Source of the DNA: an uncultured Opitutia bacterium
GTDB taxonomy: Bacteria; Verrucomicrobiota; Verrucomicrobiia; Opitutales; JABJCN01
Length of the DNA stretch: 38,219 nucleotides
Assembly: GCA_913048125.1 (NCBI GenBank)
Contig: CAJWWL010000001.1
Location: 1-38,219, forward strand
Direction: 5' to 3'
Numbering within the stretch: the first letter of the stretch is position 1; the number at the start of each line of letters is the position of its first letter. Under the pieces are notes generated by a model. That model did no database searches, was not told where the DNA came from, and saw only the letters and a list, made by a program, of their open reading frames with translations. The translations under genes and the position numbers were made by a program. Of this stretch, positions 36,251 through 38,219 are shown piece by piece.

Positions 36251-36587
36251 ATCAGCAAATTTGTAGAGCAGTTTATTATAGATTGCGACAAATTTTATCG
36301 GGTTTTGCCTTTTATCAGTCGCAAGATTTATTGATGAATTTCAATTCCCAATAAGCGGGATACAAATTTTCCAATCAGTATTAATTGAAGAAGCCTACTG
36401 CGAGACTATGTCCCTTAAGACATGGCCGAAATCTTGGTCGAGTCGCTTGTGTCCTGATTCTCCTAATTTTCGAGCATTGATACCCATTAGATGATTGATT
36501 TTAGCATGGATTGAAACTGTTTCAGGTCAGAGGCTATTAATTGATCTTGGCCGATTCTACACTCTATGGAAGGAGCGTGAAGGCATC

Positions 36588-38219
36588 TCATGGCAGATTT
36601 GCGAAAAATGTCTGAGCCGTCGATCCTTCCACGTTCACCAATTCAACTCGTAAGGTTGATTCTTTCGCATTGTTTAGAGCAAGAACGAAGGTGCGTACGC
36701 CCTTTTTAGTCTGATATTCAGCGAGACCCTTCCGGAAATCTAGACGTTCACCATTCGCCCAACCTTCGACTTGGCCTTTGGTGCTTACCTTTATGGCAGC
36801 TCCACCAGTTCCAGTGCTGTCCACCCGAAAGCGTAGGAACTTCATCGCCGGGAAAGTCGATTCATCCATGAGTATACGGCCGTCGACCAATGAAGTAGCA
36901 GTCTGCCAACCGAACTGATCACTATCGGCCATGAAGTTCTCTTTCTTACGATTCTTCCAGTAGTCTTTTAGCTTTTCAGACGGAAGGGCCACCTCAAATG
37001 CTTTGAGAACTTGTCCTTTCGGACCACTGAACTTTTCATCCTTGCCGAGTTTTGACAAAAAGGAAACCAAATGAACAAATTCATCTGGGCGTAAGGATGC
37101 GGTGAGCCCTGGAGGCATCATCGAAGTTGGGCTCACGAACTTGTTGGCAACCTGACGCTTATCAAGGTTGTGTATGAGACCAGCTGGGTCTCTGATCACA
37201 AGTTGATCTCCACTTTCACTTACCTGAGAACCAGCAAAGCTTTGTCCGTTTCTCATTGTTGCAACAGTCATGTGATAGCCTTCTTTGATCTTTGCATTAG
37301 GGTTGAGCAGAGATTCAACTAGGTAGTCAATTGGAGCGCTAGCGCCGATACTCATAAGGTCTGGCCCTATCTTCGGTCCTGCTCCGCCAATGGCGTGGCA
37401 GTTTAGGCAGGCGAGGTTGGTCCGGCGATAGATCAGTTCTCCAGTCTCAGGAATACCCTCTAGCTGAACCCGTTCGACAAGGACATTCATCTCCTCTGCA
37501 TTGAGTTGCTGTTTCATTGGTTTCAGCTCACCTGCTGCGGTTATCACTTGGATATGTTCGTTTAGTTTGCGTCCGCTAATGTTCGCTTGCTGGATAGCAA
37601 TCGTAGCCATGGGTGCTGGGATACGCTGTCCCCTTAATGCGTTATTGAGATGGGTTGGTCCATGCTTGTCGCGGTAAAAAGCATCAAACAACGGTCCAGG
37701 GTTACTTCCTTCAGGTAGTTCGCGAAGAAGGCGAGGAGTCAGTCTTGCTGCCGCCGCAGAGTTTATACCCACCAACTGAGATGCGGCCGATATACGCTGG
37801 TTTCCTTCGACTGAGGAACTCATCATCTTTGTCAAAAAGTCAGTTGCTGGTTTGCCTCCAATTCCTCCAATTGCGCGGATTGCATCTTGTGAAAGCGCAT
37901 GCCTTGGATTTTCTGCGATGCCAATCAGCGTATCGATAGCCTGACCTAAACGAAGGTTTCCTGCTAGCTTCATAGCTGCACGGGCAATGCGAGCATCCTC
38001 GTTTTTGATCATACCCAAAACCGATGATAGGTCTCCACTTGGACGAGTCTTTCGGTCTGCACTGGCGATGGCGTTTAAAAGGGAAACGCGATCATCTACG
38101 CTAAGATTGGGACCTGCTGCGACTCGTAATAATTTACCCGCCTGTGCAGCATCGCCATGTCGTGCGATCAATGAAAATACAGCTGTTCTAGAAGTCGCAG
38201 GAATCGTACCTTCATCGAA
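36588..38219 (-). CDS. HEAT-repeat / class I cytochrome c domain protein (PVC-type haem-binding protein); 5' end lies beyond the window
   Basis: The track start at 38171 is a TTG. The frame stays open upstream to the window edge (...FDEGTIPATSRTAVFS-LIARHGDAAQ), so the gene is 5'-partial. It has HEAT-like repeats (ARIARAAMKLAGNL, DAIRAIGGIGG), then CLNCHAIGGAGPKIGPDL with a downstream SMMPPG (candidate Met ligand), then a beta-rich C-terminal domain of about 170 aa. Confidence 0.7.
   Translation of the reverse strand, partial: FDEGTIPATSRTAVFSLIARHGDAAQAGKLLRVAAGPNLSVDDRVSLLNAIASADRKTRPSGDLSSVLGMIKNEDARIARAAMKLAGNLRLGQAIDTLIGIAENPRHALSQDAIRAIGGIGGKPATDFLTKMMSSSVEGNQRISAASQLVGINSAAAARLTPRLLRELPEGSNPGPLFDAFYRDKHGPTHLNNALRGQRIPAPMATIAIQQANISGRKLNEHIQVITAAGELKPMKQQLNAEEMNVLVERVQLEGIPETGELIYRRTNLACLNCHAIGGAGPKIGPDLMSIGASAPIDYLVESLLNPNAKIKEGYHMTVATMRNGQSFAGSQVSESGDQLVIRDPAGLIHNLDKRQVANKFVSPTSMMPPGLTASLRPDEFVHLVSFLSKLGKDEKFSGPKGQVLKAFEVALPSEKLKDYWKNRKKENFMADSDQFGWQTATSLVDGRILMDESTFPAMKFLRFRVDSTGTGGAAIKVSTKGQVEGWANGERLDFRKGLAEYQTKKGVRTFVLALNNAKESTLRVELVNVEGSTAQTFFANLP

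Noticed and set aside
36395-36487. 30-codon minus-strand ORF (MGINARKLGESGHKRLDQDFGHVLRDIVSQ) in the long intergenic gap; it might be a gene remnant.
   Set aside because: It is too short, I see no obvious ribosome-binding context, and I recognise no family signature. I cannot tell it apart from a random ORF without homology or expression data.
1-38219. Search for CRISPR arrays, tRNA or rRNA genes, IS elements or transposases, integrases, phage genes, and toxin-antitoxin or defence-system genes.
   Set aside because: I saw no regularly spaced direct repeats, no cloverleaf-like or rRNA-like conserved stretches in the short intergenic gaps, and no ORFs with nuclease, ATPase, recombinase or transposase motifs. 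Known-fold secreted enzymes and PVC-specific DUF proteins account for nearly all the coding capacity.

Overview
This 38.2-kb window reads as a secreted-enzyme island for sulfated-glycan degradation, of the kind found in the PVC superphylum (Planctomycetota, Verrucomicrobiota, Lentisphaerota). GC looks like the mid-to-high 40s by eye; I did not compute it. I call 26 protein-coding genes, 24 of them on the minus strand in two long, tightly spaced arrays (about 19104 down to 927, and 38219 down to 22007).

Gene content:
- 8 formylglycine-type sulfatases. One is cut by the left window edge and one has a non-canonical C-S-T-F-R active-site motif.
- 3 paralogous two-gene modules. Each pairs a large secreted DUF1592/DUF1588/PSCyt-like protein carrying two CxxCH motifs with a Tat-signal DUF1552-like protein.
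- 2 Tat-exported Gfo/Idh/MocA oxidoreductases, one followed by a DUF6807 (PmoA-like) protein and the other by a PhoD-like phosphoesterase.
- A second PhoD-like phosphoesterase.
- 2 uncharacterised TIM-barrel glycoside-hydrolase-like proteins interleaved with sulfatases.
- A secreted ThuA-like protein next to a HEAT-repeat/cytochrome c protein, which is cut by the right window edge.
- A MORN-variant repeat lipoprotein.
- A small zinc-ribbon membrane protein.
- One cytoplasmic UPF0261 (Tm-1-like) protein, the only product apart from the small zinc-ribbon membrane protein that has no export signal.

I found no rRNA, tRNA, CRISPR array, IS element or phage gene. I also found no recognisable transporter, transcription regulator or sulfatase-maturation gene (FGE/anSME).

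The best candidate for an undescribed system is the thrice-repeated DUF1592-like/DUF1552-like module, together with the periplasmic redox components around it (Tat Gfo/Idh/MocA, ThuA-like, c-type haem motifs). All family assignments come from motif recognition by eye and need profile searches to confirm.
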